Positions 37,337-47,694 of a stretch of DNA of 64,000 nt are shown here, in pieces. Under the pieces are notes generated by a model. The model had not been told where the DNA came from. It made no database searches and saw only the letters and a list, made by a program, of their open reading frames with translations. The first letter of the stretch is position 1. The number at the start of each line of letters is the position of its first letter. The DNA lies in assembly GCA_003513005.1 (NCBI GenBank), contig DOTD01000092.1, forward strand, positions 11,845-75,844, written 5' to 3'. The stretch is from Desulfotomaculum sp. Its GTDB lineage: Bacteria; Bacillota; Desulfotomaculia; Desulfotomaculales; Nap2-2B. The translations under genes and the position numbers were made by a program.

Positions 37337-37822
37337 ATGTCTTGGAATATTGAACTAAAAGAACAAAACCTTCAACCGATATTATTTATCAAAGCCAAGA
37401 CTTCTTTGGAAGGTCTGCAGAAAATAATCGGGGAAAGCTATACGAAAATAATAGCCTATCTGACTGAACTGGGTGAACAGCCGGCATTTGCCCCTTTTAC
37501 CGCTTATTACAACCTTGACATGCAGAACCTTGAAGTCGAACTTGGGTTCCCTGTTGCCAAACAATTGCCGGGGAAAGAGGAGATTCTCTCCGGGCAGATA
37601 CCGCCGGGCCGGGTGATTTCCTGTGTGTATAAAGGGTCATACGCAGGCATGGAGAAATTATACACCGAAATGTTCGAATGGATCGCTGAGCACGGCTATG
37701 AGTTTCTCGGTGTTTTTTATGAATATTACTTGAACTCGCCGATGGAGGTCCCAGAAAGCGAATTATTAACCCGCATCGACCTGCCCATTAAAACAATCCC
37801 TTGCTCCGGCGGCAGTGAATAA
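37337..37822 (+). CDS. GyrI-like small-molecule-binding domain protein
   Basis: The pattern ..PILFIKAKTSLEGLQKIIGESYTKIIAYLTELG..FTAYYNLDMQNLEVELGFPV.. is typical of the effector-binding (GyrI/SbmC-like) fold. The ATG at 37337 follows TAGGAG. Confidence 0.65.
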   Translation: MSWNIELKEQNLQPILFIKAKTSLEGLQKIIGESYTKIIAYLTELGEQPAFAPFTAYYNLDMQNLEVELGFPVAKQLPGKEEILSGQIPPGRVISCVYKGSYAGMEKLYTEMFEWIAEHGYEFLGVFYEYYLNSPMEVPESELLTRIDLPIKTIPCSGGSE

Positions 37823-37859
37823 AAAGCAGCCGGAAGATATTTGAAAAGGGTTCCTCTGG

Positions 37860-38447
37860 TTGAAGGAAGTGTTGCCCCTGAAAATAAAGATTGGAAACAA
37901 GAACGTACTGTATCCAATGCCTGTGACCGTCGTGGGAGCTATGGTCAACGGCAGGCCGAATTTCATAGCTATTGCGCATGTTGGAATATTAACAAGGCAT
38001 CAGCCTCATCTTATTTCGTTGAGCATGAGCAAGATGCATTACACCAATGCCGGGATAAAAGAAACAAAGACATTTAGTATAAACCTGATGTCAGTGGAGA
38101 ATATGGTTCCTGCCGATTATGTGGGTACTTTTTCAGGTAAAGCAGTTGACAAATCTCAAGTATTCGAGGTCTTCTACGGCGAGCTCAAGACGGCTCCAAT
38201 TATTGCCGGGTGCCCTTTGTCTATGGAGTGCAAGCTTTATGATGTTTACGAACTGCCGCAATTTGATGTTTTCATTGGCGAAATAGTTGAAACATATGCC
38301 GATAAAAATGTGCTGACAGACGGAAAAGTCGATCTTTCAAAAGTAAATCCTTTATTATTTGATATGACCGGTATCCAATACTGGTCAATTGGCAAAGCAG
38401 CCGGCAAGTGCTGGAATATAGGCAGGCAATATGGTAAATCAGAATAA
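37860..38447 (+). CDS. Flavin reductase-like (FMN-binding split-barrel) protein
   Basis: ..YPMPVTVVGAMVNGRPNFIAIAHVG..SLSMSKMHYTNAGIKETKTFSINL.. fits the Flavin_Reduct pattern. Confidence 0.7.
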   Translation: MKEVLPLKIKIGNKNVLYPMPVTVVGAMVNGRPNFIAIAHVGILTRHQPHLISLSMSKMHYTNAGIKETKTFSINLMSVENMVPADYVGTFSGKAVDKSQVFEVFYGELKTAPIIAGCPLSMECKLYDVYELPQFDVFIGEIVETYADKNVLTDGKVDLSKVNPLLFDMTGIQYWSIGKAAGKCWNIGRQYGKSE

Positions 38448-38536
38448 ATTGTATAGTATCAGATAGCCTATACGAAGTCACAGCGTTTTTCGAGCCCTTG
38501 AGCCTGAGGTGCTCTATTTTTTTGCCCTTGTCGTCC

Positions 38537-38575
38537 CAAAAAGCAGCGGCCCGGTATTCCCAGGCCGCTTTATAA
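38537..38575. terminator. Convergent (bidirectional) terminator hairpin
   Basis: The GCGGCC ... GGCCGC stem is flanked by AAAAA on one side and TTTATAAT on the other. It lies between the convergent genes ending at 38447 (+) and 38643 (-). Confidence 0.5.
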
Positions 38576-38642
38576 TCAGTATTATGAATTTGACAACAGA
38601 AAAACTATCCGTTATTTGTCCATTTTTTTTAAATCTTGATCC

Positions 38643-39260
38643 CTATTTCCCCTGCACATTAGCGTCATAATCAAGCGAGGGGAATGACATCGCCCTGGCT
38701 AAAACGAAAGCCGCCTGAAGAGCTTCTGTCGGGCAAAGCGGGAAGCATTCCTTGCAATCCCAGCATACCTTGGAAGCTATCTCCGGAATAAAACTGATCT
38801 CCCGTTTTGTCCCTCTGTTGATAAAGCCGATGGCGAACTCCTTTTTAATCTCGGCGCAGTACCTGACACAAAGGCCGCAGTGAATGCAGAATGACGGTTC
38901 TTTTTCGAAACGGTTCCTGTCCGCCCCGTACTCTTTGGCCAAATCCACCAGTTCAAACGCGTCCGGAGCATGAGCCAGCAGCAGTTCGATGATTGTTTTA
39001 CGGATCCTGTCTATCTTCTCGGACCTGGTTTTGACGACCAGATTATTCTCTACCGGGTAAACGCAGGAAACAACCAGCCTCCACCAGCCGCGCTGTTCTA
39101 TTTCTACTACACAGAGACGGCAGGCCCCATAAGGCTCCATCCTCTCGTCATAACACAAGGTGGGAATATGTATCCCGGCGCTTCTTGCCGCTTCCAGGAC
39201 AGTCATATCTTTTTTGGCCTTTACTTCTTTTCCGTCAATCGTTAAGACTATATCACTCAT
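38643..39260 (-). CDS. 2Fe-2S + 4Fe-4S ferredoxin-type subunit (NuoG N-terminal / HndD-N-like)
   Basis: I prefer the start MSDIVLTIDGKEV at 39260, which forms an ATGA overlap with the upstream stop. ..TLCYDERMEPYGACRLCVVE.. is the plant-type 2Fe-2S motif, followed by CIHCGLCVRYC. Confidence 0.8.
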   Translation of the reverse strand: MSDIVLTIDGKEVKAKKDMTVLEAARSAGIHIPTLCYDERMEPYGACRLCVVEIEQRGWWRLVVSCVYPVENNLVVKTRSEKIDRIRKTIIELLLAHAPDAFELVDLAKEYGADRNRFEKEPSFCIHCGLCVRYCAEIKKEFAIGFINRGTKREISFIPEIASKVCWDCKECFPLCPTEALQAAFVLARAMSFPSLDYDANVQGK

Positions 39261-41193
39261 TTTCCGCTGCCCCCTTTCCTTTGCCCCGGACAATAACTCT
39301 TTGCTCTTCAGGGATAGGAGGCGGAACGGGCTCGCCGGAAATCTTCTTCACAGCGCGGAAACGGGGGGGGCAAACCTCAAAGCAGGTTCCGCACTTTGTG
39401 CATTTCTCCTGGTCAACTACATGAATCATGTTCTTGCCGCCGATAATGGCGCCTGTCGGGCATTTCCTGGCGCAAACCATACAGGCCTGGCAAAGGGCCG
39501 GGTCAATATGAAAGGCAATTAACTCTTTACAGGTCATGGCGGGGCACCGCTTCTCGTAAACGTGCGCCTCATACTCATCCCTGAAGTATTTCAGCGTGCT
39601 TAAGAACGGGTTCGGGGCGCTTTTTCCTAAAGCGCAAAGGGCGGCTTCAACGGCTGTTTCAGCCAACTCTTCCAGAAGCTCTATGTCGCCCTCTTTTCCT
39701 TTTCCTTTGGTGATGTTGGTGAGGGTCTTGAGCATCTGTCTGATTCCTTCACGGCAGGGAACACACTTACCGCACGATTCATCGGTAAGGAATTCCAGGA
39801 AGTACCTGGCGACATCGACCATGCAGGTCTCGTCGTCCATGACGATCATTCCGCCGGAACCCATCATCGAACCGACTTTGGTAAGTTCGTCAAAACCGAC
39901 TTCCAGATCCAGCATGCTCTCAGGGATACATCCGCCGGACGGCCCTCCGGTCTGAATCGCTTTAAACTTCTTGCCTCCGGGGATTCCTCCGCCGATCTTA
40001 AAAACAATATCTCTTAAGGTAACACCCATGGGCACTTCCACAAGGCCGGTATTATTGATTTTGCCGACCAGGGAGAAAATCTTCGTGCCCTTGCTGGTTG
40101 CGGTTCCGTATTGAGTAAACCAGTCAGCGCCCTTGTTGATAATCAGCGGCACATTGGCCCAGGTCTCCACATTGTTCAATACGCTGGGTTTTTGCCATAG
40201 CCCCTTAATATTGGAACGGACATACTTCGGTCTGGGTTCTCCGGGCCGCCCTTCCAGGGCTGTCATCAAGGCTGTGGACTCGCCGCAGACAAAAGCGCCG
40301 GCCCCCATATGGACTTTAACCTTGAAATTAAAGTTCGTGCCAAGGATATTATCCCCTAAAAGGCCATACTCCTCTGCCTGCCTGATGGCAAGATTCACAT
40401 TTTCTACCGCCAGCGGGTACTCCTGCCGGCAGTAAATATAGCCTTCAGAAGCGCCGACAGCATAGGCCCCGATAGCCAGCCCCTCAAGCACTGAATGAGG
40501 GTTCCCTTCAAGAACGGCCCGATCCATAAATGCTCCGGGATCACCTTCATCAGCGTTGACTATTACATACCTGATATCGCTGGGGGCTTTACTGGATCCT
40601 TCCCATTTGCTCCCGGTCGGGAAACCAGCGCCTCCCCTTCCTCTCAGTCCCGATTTTTTGACTTCTTCCAAGACGTCCTTTTCGCTCATCTGGAATAAAG
40701 ACTTGGATAGGGCGGCGTAACCGCCAATGGCAAGGTAGTCTTCGATGCTCTTGAAATCGATTTTAATGTTGTTGCCGAGTATGATTCTCTCCTGATTTTT
40801 ATAAAAGGGGATATCATACTCATGAACTGCCTTCTCATTTGTTGCCGCGTCGGTAAAGAGCAGGCGTTCGACGACCGTCTTTTCTTTTATGGAACTGACA
40901 ATTTCGGGAACGTCTCCGGGCTGCACCTGGACATAACATATTTCGTCAGGATAGATGACTAAAATAGGACCTCTTTCACAAAATCCCGGGCAGCCGGTTC
41001 CCTTGGTGTCTATTTCGGCCTCCAAGCCCCGTTTGACAATCTCTTCTTTAAAGGCTGCTATTACTTCACTTGCGCCGGAAGCGACACAACCGGCGCCGGC
41101 GCATATTGAAATGCAAGGTTTATTTGGATCCCTTGCTGACAATATGGCCGCTCTTACTTCTTCCAATTCAGCGGACGAATTTATACGAGCCAT
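39253..41193 (-). CDS. NuoF-like NAD(H)/FMN-binding subunit with N-terminal thioredoxin-like and C-terminal 2x[4Fe-4S] extensions
   Basis: ..GLRGRGGAGFPTGSKW.. (FMN/NADH site), ..ESCGKCVPCREG.. (N3 cluster), and C-terminal CQACMVCARKCP / CTKCGTCFEVCP. Confidence 0.9.
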   Translation of the reverse strand: MARINSSAELEEVRAAILSARDPNKPCISICAGAGCVASGASEVIAAFKEEIVKRGLEAEIDTKGTGCPGFCERGPILVIYPDEICYVQVQPGDVPEIVSSIKEKTVVERLLFTDAATNEKAVHEYDIPFYKNQERIILGNNIKIDFKSIEDYLAIGGYAALSKSLFQMSEKDVLEEVKKSGLRGRGGAGFPTGSKWEGSSKAPSDIRYVIVNADEGDPGAFMDRAVLEGNPHSVLEGLAIGAYAVGASEGYIYCRQEYPLAVENVNLAIRQAEEYGLLGDNILGTNFNFKVKVHMGAGAFVCGESTALMTALEGRPGEPRPKYVRSNIKGLWQKPSVLNNVETWANVPLIINKGADWFTQYGTATSKGTKIFSLVGKINNTGLVEVPMGVTLRDIVFKIGGGIPGGKKFKAIQTGGPSGGCIPESMLDLEVGFDELTKVGSMMGSGGMIVMDDETCMVDVARYFLEFLTDESCGKCVPCREGIRQMLKTLTNITKGKGKEGDIELLEELAETAVEAALCALGKSAPNPFLSTLKYFRDEYEAHVYEKRCPAMTCKELIAFHIDPALCQACMVCARKCPTGAIIGGKNMIHVVDQEKCTKCGTCFEVCPPRFRAVKKISGEPVPPPIPEEQRVIVRGKGKGAAENE

Positions 41194-41202
41194 AATTTCA
41201 CC

Positions 41203-41655
41203 CTAATCATAATTTTTTAGCGCGTCTGCTATCTTGGCAGGCGCCATTTTGCCGTAGACCTTACCGTCGACTTCCATCACCGGCCCTAATGCGCAGCAAC
41301 CAAGACAGTTAACGGTTTCCAGACTGAACTTCAAATCCAGGTCTGTTTCGCCGGGGTTAAGTCCGGTTATGTCCTGTACGGTGTCGAGAATACGCGATGC
41401 GCCACGGACATGACAGGCAGTACCCAGACAAATGTGAACCCCGTGGCGCCCTTTGGGAACTACGCTGAAAGCTTTGTAGAAGGTAGCTATATGCTGTATC
41501 CTGGTTAAAGGAACCTGCAATCTCTCGGCTACTCTGTCCAACGCTTCTTTGGGAAGCCAGTTGTTTGCGCCCTGAATGTCCAGTAGAACTTGAATTAGGG
41601 AACTGGCCTCACAATTATGTTTATCAATAATTTGATCTACTTTATCCATATCCAT
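41203..41655 (-). CDS. NuoE-like thioredoxin-fold 2Fe-2S subunit
   Basis: ..HICLGTACHVRG...VNCLGCCALGP.. provides the four-Cys NuoE/HndA pattern. Confidence 0.85.
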   Translation of the reverse strand: MDMDKVDQIIDKHNCEASSLIQVLLDIQGANNWLPKEALDRVAERLQVPLTRIQHIATFYKAFSVVPKGRHGVHICLGTACHVRGASRILDTVQDITGLNPGETDLDLKFSLETVNCLGCCALGPVMEVDGKVYGKMAPAKIADALKNYD

Positions 41656-41706
41656 AGCCTGTCTGAATCTCCTTTTTTCCCTTTAATTCTCCGCCTGCTC
41701 TTCGCC

Positions 41707-42471
41707 TTAAGCCAGCGCGTACCGCTTCAGGCCTTCGTCATACCTGACAAACTTTTGCCTTGACGAACTGATCAGGTGCCTTGACACTTCAGACGGGGTC
41801 AGGCCTAACGCCTTGGCGATCTCCGGGGTTGTAAGGGGCTGCTGCCGCAGGAGAGCGACGATCTGGCCCACTGCCAATTTATCCGCAATTGTTTCCTTAA
41901 ATAGCCCTTTAAACTCGTCACTGGCGAAGAATTCATTACATTCTTCTTCTGTCTTGAACGGCCCCCTGAGCCTCTCTCTTTCCACCAGCCTGATGTAGGG
42001 TATCAGGTTTGTAACTGCTTCAAGTTTAGCTTTTAAAGCGCTTGCGTCCATTCCTTCTCCTTTGCCAAGAGGCCCCAGTTCCTTTATCTTCTTGACAAAT
42101 TCATTGACGCCTTCAACATAAACATTCGCTTCGCTGCCGGACATGAACTTGAGCTTTAACCTTTCCGGATTCAGCCCTACATGCTTCAGCAGCGCTCTTG
42201 TTATATTCACCATGCTCAGCGCATGGAAGTTACCATGAGTAATGTAGTTACATTCATTCAGATGGCAGCCACCCATAAACACCCCGTCCGCTCCTCTTGA
42301 GAAAGCCCGGAGTACAAACGACATGTCGACTCTACCGGAACACATGACGCGAACGAGTCTCATTTCAGATGTGTATTGTAGTCTGGAAACTCCAGCCAAA
42401 TCAGCGGCGCCGTAGGCTCACCAGTGGCATACAAAGCCTATAAGCTTTGGTTTAAACTTTTCTGTACTCAT
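41707..42471 (-). CDS. mvhD: MvhD-like (methyl-viologen-reducing hydrogenase delta subunit family) protein, selenocysteine-containing, with a C-terminal wHTH-like extension
   Basis: The ATG at 42471 follows AAGGAGGTG. It reads MSTEKFKPKLIGFVCHW-TGA-AYGAADLAGVSRLQYTSEMRLVRVMCSGRVD... The UGA (42420-42418) sits where the family has the second Cys of the CxWC motif. A hairpin lies 20 nt downstream. Confidence 0.75.
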
Positions 42472-42514
42472 TCGTTCTCACCTCCTTAATCCCGCCTATT
42501 AGTTCAATAATATC

Positions 42515-45500
42515 TTACAGATTTACAACCTTTGCTTCTTCACCTTCTGCTTCGATCTCTTCCTCAGCCTCGGGAAACAGCGCGTCAATTTCGCTTAAGA
42601 TCTCTTGATCATTAAAGTGCTTGAGCATAATCGCATTTGTCGCGCACTTTGTGTTGCACAGGCCGTCTCCTTTACACAGGACAGGATTTACTCTTGCCTT
42701 CCTGCCTGTCGGCGTCTCATAAAAATCTATGGCGCCGTAAGTACATGCTGTGATACACGCCCCGCACGAAATACACCTGTTCTCGTCCACCTCGCAGACG
42801 GACCCGGAAGCGGTGACCGTATCACGTGATAGAAGCGTCAAAGCCCTGCCTGCAGCTCCGTAAGACTGGTTAATCGTTTCCTGGATAAACTTGGGATAGT
42901 GAGTTATCCCGCAAAGGTAAACGCCGTCTGTACCGAACTCTACAGGTCTTAATTTGACATGGGCTTCTTTGAAGAAGCCGTCCGGGCTTAAAACCACCTT
43001 GAATAACCCGGCTATTTCCTTGGTTGCTTCCGAGGGAAGAACTGCGGCAGCCAGAGCAATTATATCAGCGTCCAGTTCAAGTTTCTTATCTAAAACATAA
43101 TCTGTCACCGTAACCCTTAAGATGCTCTTGCCGCCTTCTTTGGCCGGTTCAATCTCGGGTGGATCCTGCGGCTCATAGCGGATGAACCTTACATTTTTAC
43201 TTGCCGCTCCCCTGTAATAGTCCTCTTTAAACCCGTACGTCCTCATATCCCGGAAGAGGATGTATATATCCACATCGGGGTTTTTCTCTTTCAGATTCAA
43301 GGCGTTCTTTATCGACTGGCTGCAGCAGATCCTGCTGCAGTAATTTCTGTCTTCATTTCTGCAGCCCACGCACTGGATCATCACAAGACTCTCGGCGTTG
43401 ACAACCTTTTCGTCTTCCTGGAAGATTTTCTCCTCCAACTCGAGGTTGGTCATTACCCTATCATCTTCCCCGTAAAGGTATTCGGTAGGCGTGTATAAAT
43501 CAGCGCCTATTGCGATGACGGCTGCGCCGTGTTTTATTTCCGTAAGCCCTCTGCCGGACTGCACCCTGGTTACGAAATTACCCACATAACCAGAAGCCTC
43601 CGTGATTGCAGCATTTTCATACACATGGATTAAAGGGTGCTGGTATACTTGCTTGATCAAATCACTCAAATAAGCCTGAACATCCAGCCCCTCCAGGGTG
43701 GAATGCAGCCTGCGCGCTATTCCTCCAAGCTGGGCATCCTTTTCCAGAAGGTAAACATCATGCCCCTGATTGGCTATGGACAAAGAGCAGGTCATACCGG
43801 CTATGCCTCCGCCGACTACCAGCGCATTTTTATTTACCGGCAGTTCAAATTCCTGCAGGGGCTCTAAGAGACAGGCCCGGGCTACTTTCATCCGGACTAT
43901 GTCCTTGGCCTTCTGGGTGGCTTCTTCTTTTTCCTTGGCATGGACCCAGGAGTTATGCTCCCGGATATTGGCCATTTCGTAGTAATACTGGTTAATTCCC
44001 GCCTCTCGCAGTGTATCCCGGAATAACGGCTCAAGGGTTCTGGGAGAACAGGCGGCGACAACCACACGGTTAAGCCCTTTTTCCTTGGCTATGTCCGTTA
44101 TTTCCTTGGCGGAATTGGTAGCGCAGGAGAACAGATGCTCCTGGGCGTAAACTACATTAGGCAGGGTTAAGGCATATTCAACCACGGAAGGAACATTGAC
44201 TATCCTTCCGATGTTGGCTCCGCAGTGGCAAACAAAAACTCCTACCCTCGGCTCTTCCTGGGAAACATTCCGTTCATCCGGATAAATCCTCTCTTTGGAC
44301 AGGTGTCCCCGTCTGTAGTCAAGGAGTTCACCGACCTGCGAACCTGCCCCGCTGGCGCTAAAGACTGACTCGGGGATATCCAGGGGACCCTGGAAAGCTC
44401 CGCTGATAAATATTCCAGGTTGGTCTGTAATCATCGGATTAGTCGGATCGAGCTTGCAAAAACCGTGAGACTCAAGCTCGATGCCGTATTTGCTTGCAAT
44501 ACCCTCTGCATTCTTAGGAGGATTCAAGCCGACCGATAAAACGACCATATCGAATTCTTCCTCTTTAACACCCTCGTCAGTTGTGGAATACCGTATGGTA
44601 ACATTCTTGGTTACCGGGTCTTCCCTTACTATTGTTGTGTAGCTCCTGATAAACCTCATCTTGGAAAGGGCTGCTGTCCTGTCGTAGAAGCGCTCAAAAT
44701 CCTTCCCGTAGGAGCGGACATCGTTATGGAAGATCACGCAATCACAATCCGCATCGTGATCTTTTGTGATAATCACCTGTTTTTGAGCATATGTGCAGCA
44801 TACCGCCGAACAATAGCTGTTGCCGCCGGGCAGAACCTGTCTGGAACCTACGCATTGAATCCAGGCTATTTTATGGGGATGCTTCAAATCGGAAGCACGC
44901 AGTATCTCGCCCCCGTATGCCCCGGTAGATGACAACAACCGTTCATAGTCCATGCTGGTTACAACATTGACAAATTCTCCGTAGCGGTATTCCTCTCTCA
45001 GCCTGGGATCATACGGTTCAAAACCGGTAGAAAGAATGATCGCTCCTACATTAATCTCTTTCTTCTCAGGCTTCTGACTTAAGTCTATGGCATTGTTCTG
45101 GCATACTCCCTCGCATATACGGCATTTGTTCTCTTTAAGGTAAAGACAGTTCTCGTCGATATATGCGACAAGCGGAATTGCCTGGGGGAAGTAAACATGG
45201 ACGGCCTTATTCTTGGATATATCCTGATTGAATTCATCAGGGTATATAACCGGGCAGTACTCCACGCAGGTAGTACAACCCGTACATTTATCTTCTAAAA
45301 TATACCTGGGTTTTCTAATTAATGTTGCCTTAAAATCTCCTACTTCCCCTTCTATGCTGTCAACTTCCGTATAGGTTAGAACTTCTATATTTGGATGCCG
45401 GCCGACCTCGACCAGTTTTGGCGCGAGTATTCACATGGAGCAGTCGTTGGTCGGAAAGGTCTTGTCAAGCTGAGCCATGTGGCCGCCAATACTGGGGGCC

Positions 45501-45649
45501 TTCTCAACAAGGTAAACCTTAAAACCAGCGGCGGCAAGATCAAGTGATGCTTGAATGCCGCTGATTCCGCCACCAACAACCATTACGTCTCCAAATTCTT
45601 TTTCACCGCAAAGCCGGGAAATCTGTTCTACAATTTGTTCTTTTTCCAC
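42515..45649 (-). CDS. hdrA: HdrA-like FAD/FeS flavoprotein (large, two Rossmann modules), selenocysteine-containing
   Basis: The two track ORFs (45431..45649 and 42515..45265) share one frame and are joined by a single TGA (45433-45431). It reads ..[47 protein letters not shown]... No other stop occurs between them in my translation. Confidence 0.8.
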
Positions 45650-45701
45650 TTTCCTTCCACCTCATCAGGTATTAAGTTCCCGTACGTCCGGGTAACCTTA
45701 C

Positions 45702-46496
45702 TTAATTTGTTGCACAGCCAAGTCGCTCCGGGTGGGAATACACCGACAGGCGATTTCCACGCGCATGGCCAACCAGCGTGATACCCAGTTCTTGAGCAAG
45801 TAAAACAGCGCCCCCCGTCGGCGAATGACGGGAAACAACCAACGGGACCTGCATCTTTGCCACCTTGAACAGCATTTCCGATGAAATGCGGCCGGTGCTC
45901 AATAAAATTGTATCTCTGGTCGGCAGTTCTTTGAGCAGGCATTCGCCCTGGATCTTGTCCAGTGTGTTATGCCGTCCAATATCCTCAGACACTACAAGCA
46001 GATTCTTGGTATCGGACAAAGCCGAGGCGTGCACACCGCCGCTAAACCGGTACAAATCCATCCGATCCTGAAACTGCTTTAATAGTGAAAACACTTCCTT
46101 CGGCGCAATGACCAGCTCCGATTCAACCTTTTTCCCCTCGGTCTGAAAAGCATAACCGCCGCCGCAGCCGGAAGTAAGTTTCCGTTTTTTCGGCGCTTCA
46201 AATTCGGGGTCAGCCAGCCTCACGTCGACTTCGGATTCATCGTCACACACCCGCATCATCGCCACATCTCCCATGCCCGAGATAATTCCCTCTGAGTACA
46301 GGAATCCGAGGACGAGAAAATTGAGCTTGGTCGGAGTGCACAGGATAGTAACCAGTTCCTTCTGATTGACATAAATAGTCACTTCCCTTTCGCTGGGAAC
46401 ATAAACCGGAACCTTGACCCATCCCTTTTCTGAAAAGCGATCGCAGGTTACTTCCAACGCCAACTTCGCAGCCGCTATGTCAATCGCTTCCTGCAT
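45702..46496 (-). CDS. fdhD: FdhD-family sulfurtransferase / formate dehydrogenase accessory protein
   Basis: 264 aa. ..SGCGGG.., ..EDIGRHNTLDKI.. and ..STGRISSEM.. are hallmark FdhD motifs. Confidence 0.85.
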   Translation of the reverse strand: MQEAIDIAAAKLALEVTCDRFSEKGWVKVPVYVPSEREVTIYVNQKELVTILCTPTKLNFLVLGFLYSEGIISGMGDVAMMRVCDDESEVDVRLADPEFEAPKKRKLTSGCGGGYAFQTEGKKVESELVIAPKEVFSLLKQFQDRMDLYRFSGGVHASALSDTKNLLVVSEDIGRHNTLDKIQGECLLKELPTRDTILLSTGRISSEMLFKVAKMQVPLVVSRHSPTGGAVLLAQELGITLVGHARGNRLSVYSHPERLGCATN

Positions 46497-46513
46497 GTTT
46501 GGCTCTCCGTCCT

Positions 46514-47665
46514 TTAAATAACTTCTTGAATGACCTCTGTGATGTCTTTGATCTCGATGACTTCATCAAAATTCATAACCAGTCTGCTGTCCTCAAAATT
46601 GGTGATGCAATAGGGACAGGTGGTAACCAGAACCTCGGCGCCGATTTCGACAGCCTGTTCCAGCCTGAGGTTGACGAACCTTTCTTCCTTGGGGGTTTCC
46701 ATCCAGATCCTGCCTCCGCCCATACCACAACAGAAGCTGTCTTCCCGCGTCTCGGGCATTTCGCTCAGTTCCAAGCCGGGTATTTTCTTCAGGGCCTCCC
46801 TGGGTTCGTCATATATGCCGTTATGCCGGCCCAGGTAACAAGGATCATGATAGGTAACTTTCTTTGCGAACTCTTTGCTGATCTGAATCTTTCCCTCATC
46901 AATCAGTTTAAATAAAAGCTGGGAGATATGGATGATCTCGAAGTTCACCGAAAAATCGGGATACTCGTTCTTAAACGTGTGGTAACAATGAGGGGAAGAA
47001 ACGACAATTTTCTTCACACCGTGATCAATAAAGTTTTTTATATTTTCCCTGGCCAGGCGTTTAAATAAATCCTCATTGCCTGTTTTGCGGATACTTTCTC
47101 CACAGCAACTCTCCTTTTCGCCCAGTATCCCGTAGTCTACTCCGGCTTTATTGAGTACCTTTGCCGTGGCCTGCGCTACCTTCTTTAACCGTGCGTCATA
47201 GCTCAAGTAGCAGCCGGGGAAATATAAATATTCCATCCCTTCCTCGAATGTTTTTACGGATAACCCTTTTGCCCAATCCGCCCTCGCATCACGGGGTTCG
47301 CCGAACGGGTTTCCATCCGCTTCAAGGCAGGAGCTTACACCGCGGACAGGTTTGACAGCGGTGGGGAAAACACCATATCCTGCGGCCATCCTGCGCAGGG
47401 CTTTCATATCTTCTATCTGCTTTACTTCCCTGGGACACTTCAAAGCGCATCTTCCGCAGGTAGTACAGCGCCAGATCTCTTCATTTTCGATCTCGGTCAA
47501 ACCGAATGCAGCTTCCCGGATCAGCTTGCGCATGCTGAACTGCCTGACCTTGTTCCAGGGACAAAGAGTATCGCATTTTCCGCACTGGTAGCAGAATTTA
47601 ACTGCTTCTCCGCCGTAACCTTTTATTTCATCTATAACCTCTTTGAAGGGGGCTACAGTCTCCAC
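46514..47665 (-). CDS. HdrD/GlpC-like Fe-S oxidoreductase with two CCG domains
   Basis: Two ferredoxin motifs (CYQCGKCDTLCP, CTTCGRCALKCP) and two CCG-type Cys-rich domains (..FPGCY.., ..CCGES.., ..DPCYLGRH.., ..CCGMGGG..). Confidence 0.8.
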   Translation of the reverse strand: METVAPFKEVIDEIKGYGGEAVKFCYQCGKCDTLCPWNKVRQFSMRKLIREAAFGLTEIENEEIWRCTTCGRCALKCPREVKQIEDMKALRRMAAGYGVFPTAVKPVRGVSSCLEADGNPFGEPRDARADWAKGLSVKTFEEGMEYLYFPGCYLSYDARLKKVAQATAKVLNKAGVDYGILGEKESCCGESIRKTGNEDLFKRLARENIKNFIDHGVKKIVVSSPHCYHTFKNEYPDFSVNFEIIHISQLLFKLIDEGKIQISKEFAKKVTYHDPCYLGRHNGIYDEPREALKKIPGLELSEMPETREDSFCCGMGGGRIWMETPKEERFVNLRLEQAVEIGAEVLVTTCPYCITNFEDSRLVMNFDEVIEIKDITEVIQEVI

Positions 47666-47694
47666 GTTTTTTCCTCTTCTTTCCCATTAAAATT

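Noticed and set aside
45266-45430. The region between the two hdrA track ORFs could be an intergenic gap separating two genes.
   Set aside because: The interval translates without stops, in the same frame, into conserved HdrA sequence ([32 protein letters not shown]). A single UGA at the conserved Cys position explains the split.
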